Part shown: positions 20,010 through 28,526 of the stretch, in pieces
How the letters are laid out: each line of letters begins with the position of its first letter
How positions within the stretch are numbered: position 1 is the stretch's first letter
DNA from: a virus
Taxonomy: Duplodnaviria; Caudoviricetes
Strand: one strand, 5' to 3'
Length of the DNA: 56,777 bases
IMG/VR virus record: IMGVR_UViG_3300046822_000213
Span: 1 to 56,777 of that record
Notes under the pieces: model-generated
Database searches by the model: none
What the model saw: only the letters and a program-made list of their open reading frames with translations
What the model was told of the DNA's origin: nothing
Position numbers and translations under genes: made by a program

Positions 20010-23000
20010 ATGAGTGACAACCGCATCGGCACCGATTTTGAAGAACCCACTCCATTTGCCGGTACGCCGCGTGATGCTGTGGTCGGCACTGACTTCCTGA
20101 CTTATGCCACCGGAAGCGGGGCCAACATTCAGGATCAGGTCTCGTATGACGCTGAGCCACAGCGCCAGTCCGGAGCGTTGCCTGGTATCGCACGATCGAA
20201 CTTCAGCAATAAGGCGATTCGCCAGGGTACTTTCATTGCTCACTCGCTGAGCCTGTGGATCAGCCAGCAGCTCATTTTGTACATCTACGATGATGGTAAT
20301 GACGTCAACTGGATGGCAAATTTCACCAATGCCTTGAACCAACTGATCCTGGCGGCCATCCCGCCCGGTCCCAATCTCGGCGCATACTTGCCCCTGATCG
20401 GTGGCACGATGGTCGGCCACATCTATTTCCAACCCGGCATCACCACCATCTTGTCGAATAACACGTGGTATTATGGCAAGGACTCTGGCGGAACGGCACG
20501 CGGCCTGATCCTCAAGGGCAGCGACAACAACGTTTACATCAATGACGGCTCGGCCCCTTACGTCGTCATGCAGGGCATACCGATCATTTCTGCCAACAAC
20601 GTGGCCTTGACGGGCAGGAATACTTCAAACACCGCATATCCGCTGATTGGCCTGCTGAGTGACAATTCGGTCCACGTCGGCAGCGGCAGTGCCGGTAATA
20701 TCTTCCTGGATAGTTCCACTCAGACCGGCGGCTCGGTATGGTGCGCCACCAATTTTGTCATCTCCAATAACTACGCCTATTACGCCAAGGACACCAGCGG
20801 TGCCGCGCGTATCGTTATGATGATCAACACCGGCAACTCGTTGATGATCGGCAGTGGTGCGCCCAATACTACCGAAATTTACGCCGCGAGCGGCTCTAAT
20901 GTCAATGTGCATAACCCGTTGGCGGCACTCACTACTTTCCAAGCCTACGGCTTCAGCTATCTGACCGGCGGACGGGCTTACATTCCTGGTGGCAATGACC
21001 CATGGCAGATTTATGCCGACAACGGCTTCTTTGCCCGCACTCGCTTCGTGGTCGGCGGCACGCGCGACTGGAGCGTCGGCGTTTATCCCACCAGCGGGTT
21101 GTTTTCAATTAATGATGAGACCGGGGCGGCAGTCCGCTTCCAGATCGACACCACTGGCAAAGGTACATTCTTCGGTGCGTTCTACGTCCAGGGCGGCTCG
21201 CAGATCACTGGCGGGTTGACCGTACTCAACGGTCTCAATGTCGCTTCCGGCACCATCTCGGCCTCGGGCGGGGCCAGCCTGAGCGGCGGGGTCTCGGTCT
21301 ACGGTGGCCTGAGCATCGTCAGCGGCAACACCACCATGGCCGGTTCGCTGAGCGTCGCTGCCAATGCTCAGATTAACGGTGGGCTGGTGGTTTATAATGC
21401 GCTCAATGTCGCTTCGGGCCGTTTTGATGTAGCGGGCGGCGCGTACCTCGCGGGCGGGCTGCAGGTGTGGGCTGGGTTGGCCGTCAACAGTGGCAACGTC
21501 ACGATGGCTGGAACGCTGAGCGTCACTGGTGCCGCAACCGTGGGCAATGGGCTGAGCGTCTATAATGGGTTGAACGTTGCTTCCGGTAACTTGTCGGCGG
21601 GCTACATCATTTCGACCGGCGCGGCCCAAGTAAACGGCGGGTTGACCGTCTATAACGGCATCAACATCGCGTCGGGTAACCTAGATGTCGCCAATACTAC
21701 CTTCATGCACAACCAAGGACAAGTGTGGAATCATTTCTACGTGCAGACCGGTGACATGCACGTCCAGAATGGCTCGATGCTGGCTTCGGGCAATGCTAAT
21801 GTCGGCAATACGCTGTTCGTCAGCAATCAAGCGCAAGTGTGGAATTGGGTCATCATTCAAAGTGGCGGCCTATCGGTTCCGAATGGTGACGTCAATGCTG
21901 CCGGTAATCTCAGCATCAGTGGCGTCGGCTACATTTACGCCGGACTGAACGTATGGAACAGCCTGATAGTCCAGACCGGCAACTTAACGGTCAATGGTGC
22001 CGTGGGCATTGGCGGCGGGCTGACTGTCTATAACGGTTTCAATGTTCAGACTGGCAATGCGCAAGTTAGCAACGGGTCGTTTTCCATTGCGGGCGATCTC
22101 AATGTCGGCAATACTGGTTATATCCGCAATCAAGCGCAGATTTGGAACCATTGCATCGTCCAGAGCGGCGATCTGTGGGTTCCCAATGGCAGCGTCGGTG
22201 GCAATGGTAATCTTAACATTGGTGGCGTCGGTAACATCTTCAATAGTTTAAATGTGTGGAACAGTTGCGTCATCCAGACCGGCGGTTTCACCGTCAACGG
22301 TGGTGCCGCGATCGGCAGCGGTCTGACGGTGTATAACTCTATCAACATTGTCTCGGGTCGCTTTGACGTGGCCGGTGCTGGTCAGATCAACGGCGGACTG
22401 ACAGTCGGTGGAGGTATTTACCTATATTCAGGTGTTGGTACTTGCAACAGTGACTGGAATGTTGCCGGGTGGAGCCGGGGCGGCGGGTTGTGGACTGATG
22501 GCGATCTGCACGTCGGTCATTACGCTAGCTTGCCCACTACCCACGTCGGTCAAATCCAAATCGGCGGCCTGCCCTACATGTACGATAGCGGCAACAACAT
22601 TTTTGTCATGCCAAATACGAATTTGAGTGTCGCTCAAGGCACGATTTGGGGGGCTAATTTACAGGCTTACGGCACGGTATGGACTAACGACCTTTCTGCC
22701 AACGGTCAGATCACCACCAACACCTGCTATGCTCAATATTACAGAAGCTACGGTGCGGTCGATTGTGATCACGTCTACGCCTACAATTACGTACATGCCG
22801 ACAACTATTTCGATTGCAGCGGTTGGTCATATCTCAGGGGCGGTGTACAAATATGGGGCGAAGTATATCAGTTCGCTGGTAGCTTTGAAACTTATGGCCA
22901 CATTTATCCAGTTCCTAACGGTCAGAACGAATGCGGCGTGTGTCAGCACCAATGGCGGAACGTGTTCTCCTATAATTTCGCAACTGAAAGCGATCCGGCA

Positions 23001-23342
23001 AAGAAACGCGACATCGCACCAGTCCCGGAGGTGTGTCTCGAACTGGTTAACGCCATCAGGCCGTCAACCTTTAAGTGGAGGAACCCCGGCACGCATGACG
23101 ATCATGGTCAACCGATGGACGCCGACCATCCGTTTGCGAATACCCATTGGGGGTTCATGCAGCCCGATGTCATGAGCGTCATGAACGATCCCGACCGGAA
23201 GCTGCCGGTGTTTGGTGGTGCCTACATTGACAAAATGTTCGGCGTAAAAATACTCCAATACAACGAACTGGTGGCGGTGCTGTGGCAAGCGGTGCGGGAG
23301 CTGTCGGACAAAGTAAAGCAATTAGAGGCTACCAAACACTAA
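20010..23342 (+). CDS. Tail fibre 3 (baseplate-attached) with beta repeats and S74 chaperone
   Basis: N-terminal G..PGIARS...NKAIRQ.T anchor typical of DUF2612-associated fibres; GGLTVYNGLNVASG repeats; SDPAKKRDI...[19 protein letters not shown]. Confidence 0.85.
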   Translation: MSDNRIGTDFEEPTPFAGTPRDAVVGTDFLTYATGSGANIQDQVSYDAEPQRQSGALPGIARSNFSNKAIRQGTFIAHSLSLWISQQLILYIYDDGNDVNWMANFTNALNQLILAAIPPGPNLGAYLPLIGGTMVGHIYFQPGITTILSNNTWYYGKDSGGTARGLILKGSDNNVYINDGSAPYVVMQGIPIISANNVALTGRNTSNTAYPLIGLLSDNSVHVGSGSAGNIFLDSSTQTGGSVWCATNFVISNNYAYYAKDTSGAARIVMMINTGNSLMIGSGAPNTTEIYAASGSNVNVHNPLAALTTFQAYGFSYLTGGRAYIPGGNDPWQIYADNGFFARTRFVVGGTRDWSVGVYPTSGLFSINDETGAAVRFQIDTTGKGTFFGAFYVQGGSQITGGLTVLNGLNVASGTISASGGASLSGGVSVYGGLSIVSGNTTMAGSLSVAANAQINGGLVVYNALNVASGRFDVAGGAYLAGGLQVWAGLAVNSGNVTMAGTLSVTGAATVGNGLSVYNGLNVASGNLSAGYIISTGAAQVNGGLTVYNGINIASGNLDVANTTFMHNQGQVWNHFYVQTGDMHVQNGSMLASGNANVGNTLFVSNQAQVWNWVIIQSGGLSVPNGDVNAAGNLSISGVGYIYAGLNVWNSLIVQTGNLTVNGAVGIGGGLTVYNGFNVQTGNAQVSNGSFSIAGDLNVGNTGYIRNQAQIWNHCIVQSGDLWVPNGSVGGNGNLNIGGVGNIFNSLNVWNSCVIQTGGFTVNGGAAIGSGLTVYNSINIVSGRFDVAGAGQINGGLTVGGGIYLYSGVGTCNSDWNVAGWSRGGGLWTDGDLHVGHYASLPTTHVGQIQIGGLPYMYDSGNNIFVMPNTNLSVAQGTIWGANLQAYGTVWTNDLSANGQITTNTCYAQYYRSYGAVDCDHVYAYNYVHADNYFDCSGWSYLRGGVQIWGEVYQFAGSFETYGHIYPVPNGQNECGVCQHQWRNVFSYNFATESDPAKKRDIAPVPEVCLELVNAIRPSTFKWRNPGTHDDHGQPMDADHPFANTHWGFMQPDVMSVMNDPDRKLPVFGGAYIDKMFGVKILQYNELVAVLWQAVRELSDKVKQLEATKH

Positions 23343-23363
23343 ACTTTGGAAGGAGGAATTAAA

Positions 23364-23777
23364 ATGGCTGCACCTGGAATTTCTGCCATTCCGGATTCTG
23401 CCGCGCTCGCCGCGCAGATGGACCTGCTCAATCAGGCGATCGCCGCGCTCAATACTGGGTCGGTCGTCACCAATATGACGGTGAGCGCACCCGCTGCGCC
23501 GCCAGATGACCCGACCCGGTTCATGATGCCGGTATCCGTGACGATCGATCCGCCGATCAGTGACCCGGCAACGATCGCTGCTCTGATCATTGGGTTGCAG
23601 GCACAATCACAAGCACTGTGTGACCGACTGGTGGCGATGGGCTACGTCGACGATAGTGACGATATCACGGCTCGCAGCATTCCGACGCCGCCGGGAACCC
23701 CACCGGCCCCGCCAGGGATGCCCGTCATGCCGCCGCGCTATGCCGTGCCGTATCCCTCCGTCACCTCTGGGGCATAG
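23364..23777 (+). CDS. Fibre-associated paralogue 3
   Basis: GGAGG RBS before ATG 23364; IP..AAL..Q...LNQAI..L..G...T..TV..P..P....MM.VS...PIS resembles 7182 and 15353. Confidence 0.6.
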   Translation: MAAPGISAIPDSAALAAQMDLLNQAIAALNTGSVVTNMTVSAPAAPPDDPTRFMMPVSVTIDPPISDPATIAALIIGLQAQSQALCDRLVAMGYVDDSDDITARSIPTPPGTPPAPPGMPVMPPRYAVPYPSVTSGA

Positions 23778-23779
23778 AC

Positions 23780-23886
23780 GGCCCACGAGACGGCCACGGG
23801 GGGCCACGGAGACGCCATGAGCCATCCGGCAGCTATAGATATAGCCGCGACCCCTCTCCCGCGTCTCCGTGGCCGTCTCGCGGGCC
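23780..23886. repeat. Intergenic inverted-repeat element with GCTATAGATATAGC core (copy 1)
   Basis: Arms ggcccacgagacggccacgg / ccgtggccgtctcgcgggcc (19/20 complementary) flank the core at 23832-23845. Confidence 0.8.
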
Positions 23887-23916
23887 TCGGAGACCAAGTC
23901 CTTAAGGAGGGCTGCC

Positions 23917-24555
23917 ATGGCCGATCCGCCGCCTCCGCCGCCGCCGTCATCCAGGGGATGGCTGGCCGATCTGATCACTTCGGTATTTGCTTACATCGAC
24001 CGGCCCTGGAAAGCCGTGGTCGTGGTCGTCCTGGCGGTGCTTGGGCTGGCTGGCTGGATCGTCTATGAGAAGCGCGATGAGCTGTTCGAGGCATGGCTGA
24101 CGCCGGACACCCCAGAATTGAAGACCGCCGAGATCCCGGATGCGCTGGAGAAACTGGCTATGGAGACCGACGCGGACCTTGTGCAGGTTTGGGCGGTGGA
24201 CCTGTCGAAGAACTCCCAATGGTTCATCGCGGCACGACGGCATGACGGGGAGAGGCCTGTGATTCCGATACCGCGCAGGCTTCCCATCATTGATCACACT
24301 TCGGACATACAGCGATTAACAGAAATTTTGGCGGGACGCCCGGTTTGTGTTGCCTTGGAACCGGGCGGCACGCCGGTCGCCCGGCGGCTGTATGAGCGCG
24401 GTATGAAGCGCGGCTGCGCGATACCGATTCCGCCGAATCCGGATGCCTTCGTCGGAGTGATCTACTTGGCATGGTCGGTATCGACCGACAGCAGCGGTGA
24501 AAACGTCGCGGTCGGTGCCGCACGGGAAATCTCGAAGAAACTGGCGACGCACTAG
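23917..24555 (+). CDS. Single-TM membrane protein with probable GAF-like soluble domain (T4 t-like holin candidate)
   Basis: TAAGGAGG RBS before ATG 23917; TM segment AVVVVVLAVLGLAGWIVY; GAF-like end GCAIPIP....FVGVIYLAW; located at the end of the tail operon. Confidence 0.45.
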   Translation: MADPPPPPPPSSRGWLADLITSVFAYIDRPWKAVVVVVLAVLGLAGWIVYEKRDELFEAWLTPDTPELKTAEIPDALEKLAMETDADLVQVWAVDLSKNSQWFIAARRHDGERPVIPIPRRLPIIDHTSDIQRLTEILAGRPVCVALEPGGTPVARRLYERGMKRGCAIPIPPNPDAFVGVIYLAWSVSTDSSGENVAVGAAREISKKLATH

Positions 24556-24564
24556 GAGGATGAC

Positions 24565-24708
24565 ATGAGAATGGCACTGGCACTCGGACTGGCACTACTG
24601 CTCAGCGGCTGTGGCTGCGGTATCAACGGTCAATACTGCGTGTCTTCGTACAGCTACGTCCAGACTGCACCGGGGGCCTGGACAGCAACCGCGCACTACG
24701 GCAATTAA
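24565..24708 (+). CDS. Small lipoprotein (47 aa; not in the ORF track)
   Basis: AGGAGG RBS; MRMALALGLALLLSGC lipobox, then GCGINGQYCVSSYSYVQTAPGAWTATAHYGN. Confidence 0.7.
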   Translation: MRMALALGLALLLSGCGCGINGQYCVSSYSYVQTAPGAWTATAHYGN

Positions 24709-24810
24709 GTCGCCCGGTCATCGAGCGCTTGCCGCCGTAGCACTGGCGGTGTTAATATCGTGGCTCGCGGTAGTCGTGCTGCTGTGGATTATTGTTAAAT
24801 TCGGGGGTGG

Positions 24811-25038
24811 ATGATGGCTACATTCCAAGAGTTCCTGGCGGTGACCCAGAAGGAACTGAACCGGCATCTCGACCGGATGGTGGGCCACGTGCCGTTAAAG
24901 CCGGTCAATCGCCCGCCGCAACGGGTGGTGCCGCCATTACCCGCTCGGGCGCTGAACTTCTCTGGTATTGGTCGAGCGCCGCTGATCCCGGACGACACTT
25001 CAACTGATAACGCACCAGTAACGCGGCGAGGCCGGTGA
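24811..25038 (+). CDS. Hypothetical protein, last gene of the + strand block
   Basis: ORF with G-rich RBS; converges with the - strand genes. Confidence 0.45.
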   Translation: MMATFQEFLAVTQKELNRHLDRMVGHVPLKPVNRPPQRVVPPLPARALNFSGIGRAPLIPDDTSTDNAPVTRRGR

Positions 25039-25077
25039 CGTTCAGACCGACCCACGCCGCCAAAACTATTTCGACGA

Positions 25078-25347
25078 TCACCACAGCGCGGTTACCCTCT
25101 TGACTTCGGCAGCACAGGCCTGCCATGTTGGGAAGCCCTTGACCGGAACATGGCTGAAACTCGCACCGGGAACCCGCAGGAAGCGGTGCACCGGCATGTC
25201 GGGGGTGATCGGCCACTGGTAGCCGGGGATGCGCAGCAACCACGTTTTGCGCCCGACATAGCGCGCGGTGGCGATCATCTTGCGCCCGTCCATCCAGCAG
25301 CAGGCCCGCCGGGGAATGCGGTGCAGGGTTAGTTCAAGTGCCATCAC
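25078..25347 (-). CDS. Hypothetical protein
   Basis: Translationally coupled to 25344-25553 with a GGAGGGAG RBS. Confidence 0.5.
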   Translation of the reverse strand: MMALELTLHRIPRRACCWMDGRKMIATARYVGRKTWLLRIPGYQWPITPDMPVHRFLRVPGASFSHVPVKGFPTWQACAAEVKRVTALW

Positions 25348-25553
25348 TCTCCCTCCATGTGTTGCTTGAGCCGGGGGTAGCTGTCGAGCCACAGCCGCAA
25401 GGCTTGGAAGACGTCTGGCTCCATGGCAATCCAATGATCGCTGTCATCGCGTGGCGCGCGGAGTTTCACGTGAAACCCATCGAAGGACGCGTAGACGCCG
25501 TCGCCCAGATAGGTTTCGGCGTCGCGGATGGGGAGTTCAGCGGCCACTGTCAC
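25344..25553 (-). CDS. Conserved phage hypothetical protein (YLGDGVYASFDG motif)
   Basis: AGGAGG RBS; motif common in small phage early proteins. Confidence 0.65.
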   Translation of the reverse strand: MTVAAELPIRDAETYLGDGVYASFDGFHVKLRAPRDDSDHWIAMEPDVFQALRLWLDSYPRLKQHMEGE

Positions 25554-25737
25554 CTCCTGAGGTGGGGGTTCCGGAACCGGTTTCGACGACGGTCAGGTCG
25601 TCGCCGCCATCGACGCGACCGGCTTCCTCGATCCAATAATCAAGCTCGCACGGGTCGATGTCCAGTACCTTGGCCGCGACCCGCCGGGTCACACTGACGA
25701 GATGAAGCTGTTGGGCGTGGTAGATGTCGTAACGCAC
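25537..25737 (-). CDS. Hypothetical protein
   Basis: AGGAG RBS; packed in operon. Confidence 0.55.
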   Translation of the reverse strand: MRYDIYHAQQLHLVSVTRRVAAKVLDIDPCELDYWIEEAGRVDGGDDLTVVETGSGTPTSGGDSGR

Positions 25738-25746
25738 GGGGAACTC

Positions 25747-25869
25747 CTATTGGTGAGCGAGCGCGCCGATCAGCGCGAGCAGCAGCAGGACCAGCGCGAT
25801 CTTGCCGATATGACGCAGCATCGCCAGGATGAAGACAGCGAGCAGGATGCCGCCCGCGACGGCTAACAT
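25747..25869 (-). CDS. Small hydrophobic membrane protein (40 aa; not in the ORF track)
   Basis: MLAVAGGILLAVFILAMLRHIGKIALVLLLLALIGALAHQ fills the gap between neighbouring genes. Confidence 0.55.
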   Translation of the reverse strand: MLAVAGGILLAVFILAMLRHIGKIALVLLLLALIGALAHQ

Positions 25870-26093
25870 GGGATCACCAAGCCGTGATATTGGGACACCG
25901 CGTCCCAGTCGCTCGACCATAGCTGCGACTCGTGACCGTACTCGTCGCTCAGGTGGACCGATGCGACGCGCCCGCCGGAATAAGACACGTGGTGTCGCGC
26001 GAACAGCCGCGCGGCGTATGTGCTGTGGAACCGGCGCTGCTCATCGCTGCCATTGGTGAAGCGGATGATCAGGAAGGGCTTGCGCGGCTTCAT
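25863..26093 (-). CDS. Hypothetical protein
   Basis: GGAGGTG RBS; ATGA coupling. Confidence 0.6.
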   Translation of the reverse strand: MKPRKPFLIIRFTNGSDEQRRFHSTYAARLFARHHVSYSGGRVASVHLSDEYGHESQLWSSDWDAVSQYHGLVIPC

Positions 26094-26284
26094 GACGGGA
26101 TCACCTCCATAACCTTGACCGAGCTGCCTTGCTGCGCCAGACGGGCGACGACCCGCTCACCAGCGGCATTGACGTAGAGCCGCGAAGTCTTGGGGAAATC
26201 GCGCGGCAGGTCGCGGTTGACGGGCCGGAATCCCAGCGCGACCATCCGCGAGTGCCACGTGACGTAACGAACTGGCTTGAACAT
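26090..26284 (-). CDS. Hypothetical early protein
   Basis: ATG at 26284 after GATAGAGGAGAAG and a promoter. Confidence 0.6.
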   Translation of the reverse strand: MFKPVRYVTWHSRMVALGFRPVNRDLPRDFPKTSRLYVNAAGERVVARLAQQGSSVKVMEVIPS

Positions 26285-26309
26285 TTGCTTCTCCTCTATC
26301 AAGACACGT

Positions 26310-26338
26310 AAAATACCACACTTTGACAAATCGGTCAA
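26310..26338 (-). promoter_or_regulatory. Sigma70-type promoter TTGACC-17-TATTTT with TTGAC..GTCAA palindrome
   Basis: Read on the reverse complement; TGn extended -10. Confidence 0.6.
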
Positions 26339-26394
26339 TGGTCGCGTCTGGAACTAGGAGCATGGTTCCCATGTTCCCTTAATAGGAGGCCGTC

Positions 26395-26553
26395 ATGCCC
26401 TCGATTATTCTGTTGGTCTTTGCCTTCGTGCTGACCCTGATCGCTGCCTTCTGGCGTGGCGGACCGTGGCCCGGTGGCTTCCCATTTCCACACCTCGGCT
26501 GGCTCGGGCTGTCGCTGTTTTTCCTGCACCTGCTGCTGGGCGGGCATCCGTAG
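26395..26553 (+). CDS. Small two-TM membrane protein (52 aa; not in the ORF track), divergent orientation
   Basis: AGGAGG RBS; MPSIILLVFAFVLTLIAAFWRGGPWPGGFPFPHLGWLGLSLFFLHLLLGGHP. Confidence 0.7.
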   Translation: MPSIILLVFAFVLTLIAAFWRGGPWPGGFPFPHLGWLGLSLFFLHLLLGGHP

Positions 26554-26566
26554 GCTACGATGCTGA

Positions 26567-26932
26567 TCATGGCCGCATCTTCACACCAGGGGCCATTGGC
26601 GGCTTTTCAGCGGCGAATTTCGTATCGATGACAAAGCCGCAGATCGCGCAACGCTTTAACGTAGCCCTATCGTGGCGCTCTGTGGGCGCAAAGGGATTGG
26701 TAGGATCATGGGGCGCGGGCCGGTTCTCTGGCTGGCACGCGTCGCCGCTGGCGAGCGCCGACAAGCAGGGCGTTTGATGGCCCTCCCTATCGATCAAAGC
26801 GGCAGCACATGCTGCCACCATCGCGTCGCGCATCGATATTTTGTGGATCACCGCTTGCCCAAATTCGGCGAGCACAACATCGACGATCCGTTCCGCGCGC
26901 GCCGTTCGGTTGCGATTGGGATGGTTAGTCAT
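26567..26932 (-). CDS. Hypothetical protein (MTNHPNR N-terminus, CxxC near the C-terminus)
   Basis: AGAGG RBS before ATG 26932. Confidence 0.55.
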   Translation of the reverse strand: MTNHPNRNRTARAERIVDVVLAEFGQAVIHKISMRDAMVAACAAALIDREGHQTPCLSALASGDACQPENRPAPHDPTNPFAPTERHDRATLKRCAICGFVIDTKFAAEKPPMAPGVKMRP

Positions 26933-26959
26933 GTTGGCCTCTACTGATCCCTGCTCCGG

Positions 26960-27090
26960 TAGTGTCACGGAGGGCGACGGGCGGCCTCCCAGCCCCCCCT
27001 GAGTGTGGGAGTGGCTATGTCTATAGCTCCGGTGGTCCCACCGCGTCTCTGTGGCCTCCGTCGACCGTCCGTCGTCCCCCGTGACACTAT
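26960..27090. repeat. Intergenic inverted-repeat element with GCTATAGACATAGC core (copy 2, on - strand)
   Basis: Arms tagtgtcacgg..cgacgg / ccgtcgt..ccgtgacacta flank the core at 27014-27027. Confidence 0.75.
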
Positions 27091-27272
27091 TAATCCTCCT
27101 TAGCCAACCGGGCGCGTAACTCGGCGCGCTCATCTAAATCTGGAACGTAATTGCGAAGCCATTGGCAGGTAGCGCAGACCGTCGGCGGCGGGTCGCGTAC
27201 CGGTAGGCTACAAATTAACTGCCCGCAATCAGGACAGACGAACTCGTCATGGCTGTGCATGGCGTCGGTCAT
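27090..27272 (-). CDS. Small Zn-finger protein (CPDC...CATC)
   Basis: Two CxxC pairs; ATGA coupling. Confidence 0.6.
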   Translation of the reverse strand: MTDAMHSHDEFVCPDCGQLICSLPVRDPPPTVCATCQWLRNYVPDLDERAELRARLAKED

Positions 27273-27751
27273 GCCCGCCCGCCGATCGGCAAGATGCCGT
27301 CGATCATCCGCCCGGCAAATTGACCCACGGCGGAATCTGGGTTATTGGTCAGGGCGGACACCTTGCCCTTCCAGTCACGTTGAATATCCAATATCCGGAC
27401 TTTGGTGGCGATGCCATCGGTTGCCGCGATCATAATCGCCTCGCGCCGATCCGGCAACTGACTAGGAGGCGGCGCGGCATCCACCTCTGCCTGCGTCCGG
27501 TACATGGGCGACATCCAAGCTTCCGACATGTGGGACAGTATCACGGCACCCATGCTGCGCGCCTTGGCCCGAATCTCGGACAGCATCATCTGCTTGTCAA
27601 ACTCACCATTCCATGGACAAGAACACACCGCAGCCTCACCCTGCGGCCCGACCAAAATAAAGGTCGCAACCAATTCTGGTTTACGCTCAACCAGCAAGGT
27701 GTCACGGGCTTGCGCTTCGGCAACATCGAGCAGTTCATCAAGGGTCACCAT
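27269..27751 (-). CDS. Conserved phage hypothetical protein
   Basis: GGAGG RBS and TGATG coupling at 27751; SEAWM...PS..PDRREA motif. Confidence 0.65.
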   Translation of the reverse strand: MVTLDELLDVAEAQARDTLLVERKPELVATFILVGPQGEAAVCSCPWNGEFDKQMMLSEIRAKARSMGAVILSHMSEAWMSPMYRTQAEVDAAPPPSQLPDRREAIMIAATDGIATKVRILDIQRDWKGKVSALTNNPDSAVGQFAGRMIDGILPIGGRA

Positions 27752-28044
27752 CAGACCATCCTCCGGATCTCTTGCCAGCGGTCGCGGAAAACCGGATCGC
27801 GGCCAAACAGTGCAACGGCGGTGTACTCCACGATGCCCCACGACGCGTAACCGTTGGCTCCGCGAGTGATCAGGAACTGGATGGCCTCGTCGGCCTCATG
27901 CTTCTCGTAGTCATTGATCATGCAGTCTAGCTCGATGCGACGCCGCACTAAAGTGACCTGCCGCTCGTCCAAAATGTTGACCAGCGCGCGACGCTGGTCG
28001 GATGACCACCCTTGGGTCAGTAGTCTCACGGATGCTCGTGCCAT
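27751..28044 (-). CDS. Hypothetical early protein
   Basis: ATAGAGGAGAAG RBS downstream of a consensus promoter. Confidence 0.65.
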   Translation of the reverse strand: MARASVRLLTQGWSSDQRRALVNILDERQVTLVRRRIELDCMINDYEKHEADEAIQFLITRGANGYASWGIVEYTAVALFGRDPVFRDRWQEIRRMV

Positions 28045-28069
28045 TACCTTCTCCTCTATATGGCGGGCT

Positions 28070-28098
28070 ATTATAACACATCGTTAAACGGATGTCAA
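28070..28098 (-). promoter_or_regulatory. Consensus sigma70 promoter TTGACA-17-TATAAT
   Basis: Reverse complement ttgacatccgtttaacgatgtgttataat. Confidence 0.85.
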
Positions 28099-28278
28099 CG
28101 ACCCGGCTCGGAATTTCTCCTTGGCAATCGCAATCATGCGGTGTCGCACGTCAGCCCATTGGACTAATACCCACGGCTCGCCGCCCAATGCTACCCAAGC
28201 GTGGAATGCCGACACCCGGTCGGGGCCGGGACGCTGCCACAGTGCAATCGTCGCGTCAATGTCGGCCAGACGGTTCAT
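28084..28278 (-). CDS. Hypothetical protein
   Basis: Fills operon gap; TTG start uncertain. Confidence 0.35.
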   Translation of the reverse strand: MNRLADIDATIALWQRPGPDRVSAFHAWVALGGEPWVLVQWADVRHRMIAIAKEKFRAGSLTSV

Positions 28279-28501
28279 TCAAGTGCGATAAGATTTTGGT
28301 GTCTTTCTGGGCCAGCGACGTCGCCATCTCCATCTCAGTCTCACCGGAAAAGATCAAGATGTCGAACGGAATGCCCATCTCTTTGCCCGACACCCGGATG
28401 TGGGTGTCCAACATTTCGGCTAGGAATGCCTCCAGGTTGCCGCGCGACAATCCGATCAGCACGATTTTCCTACCGTTCTCTTCAGCTAAACCTTTTAACA
28501 T
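28256..28501 (-). CDS. Conserved phage hypothetical protein
   Basis: AGGAGG RBS before ATG 28501; IGLS..N...L motif. Confidence 0.6.
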   Translation of the reverse strand: MLKGLAEENGRKIVLIGLSRGNLEAFLAEMLDTHIRVSGKEMGIPFDILIFSGETEMEMATSLAQKDTKILSHLNEPSGRH

Positions 28502-28526
28502 AAACCCTCCTAATCCAACGGTTCCG

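Noticed and set aside
7767-23342. Diversity-generating retroelement acting on the fibres
   Set aside because: No reverse transcriptase ORF and no repeat pair differing only at adenines was seen; shared fibre modules differ at all bases.
26365-26377. Alphaproteobacterial LexA box
   Set aside because: GTTC repeats are spaced by 4 nt, not the required 7.
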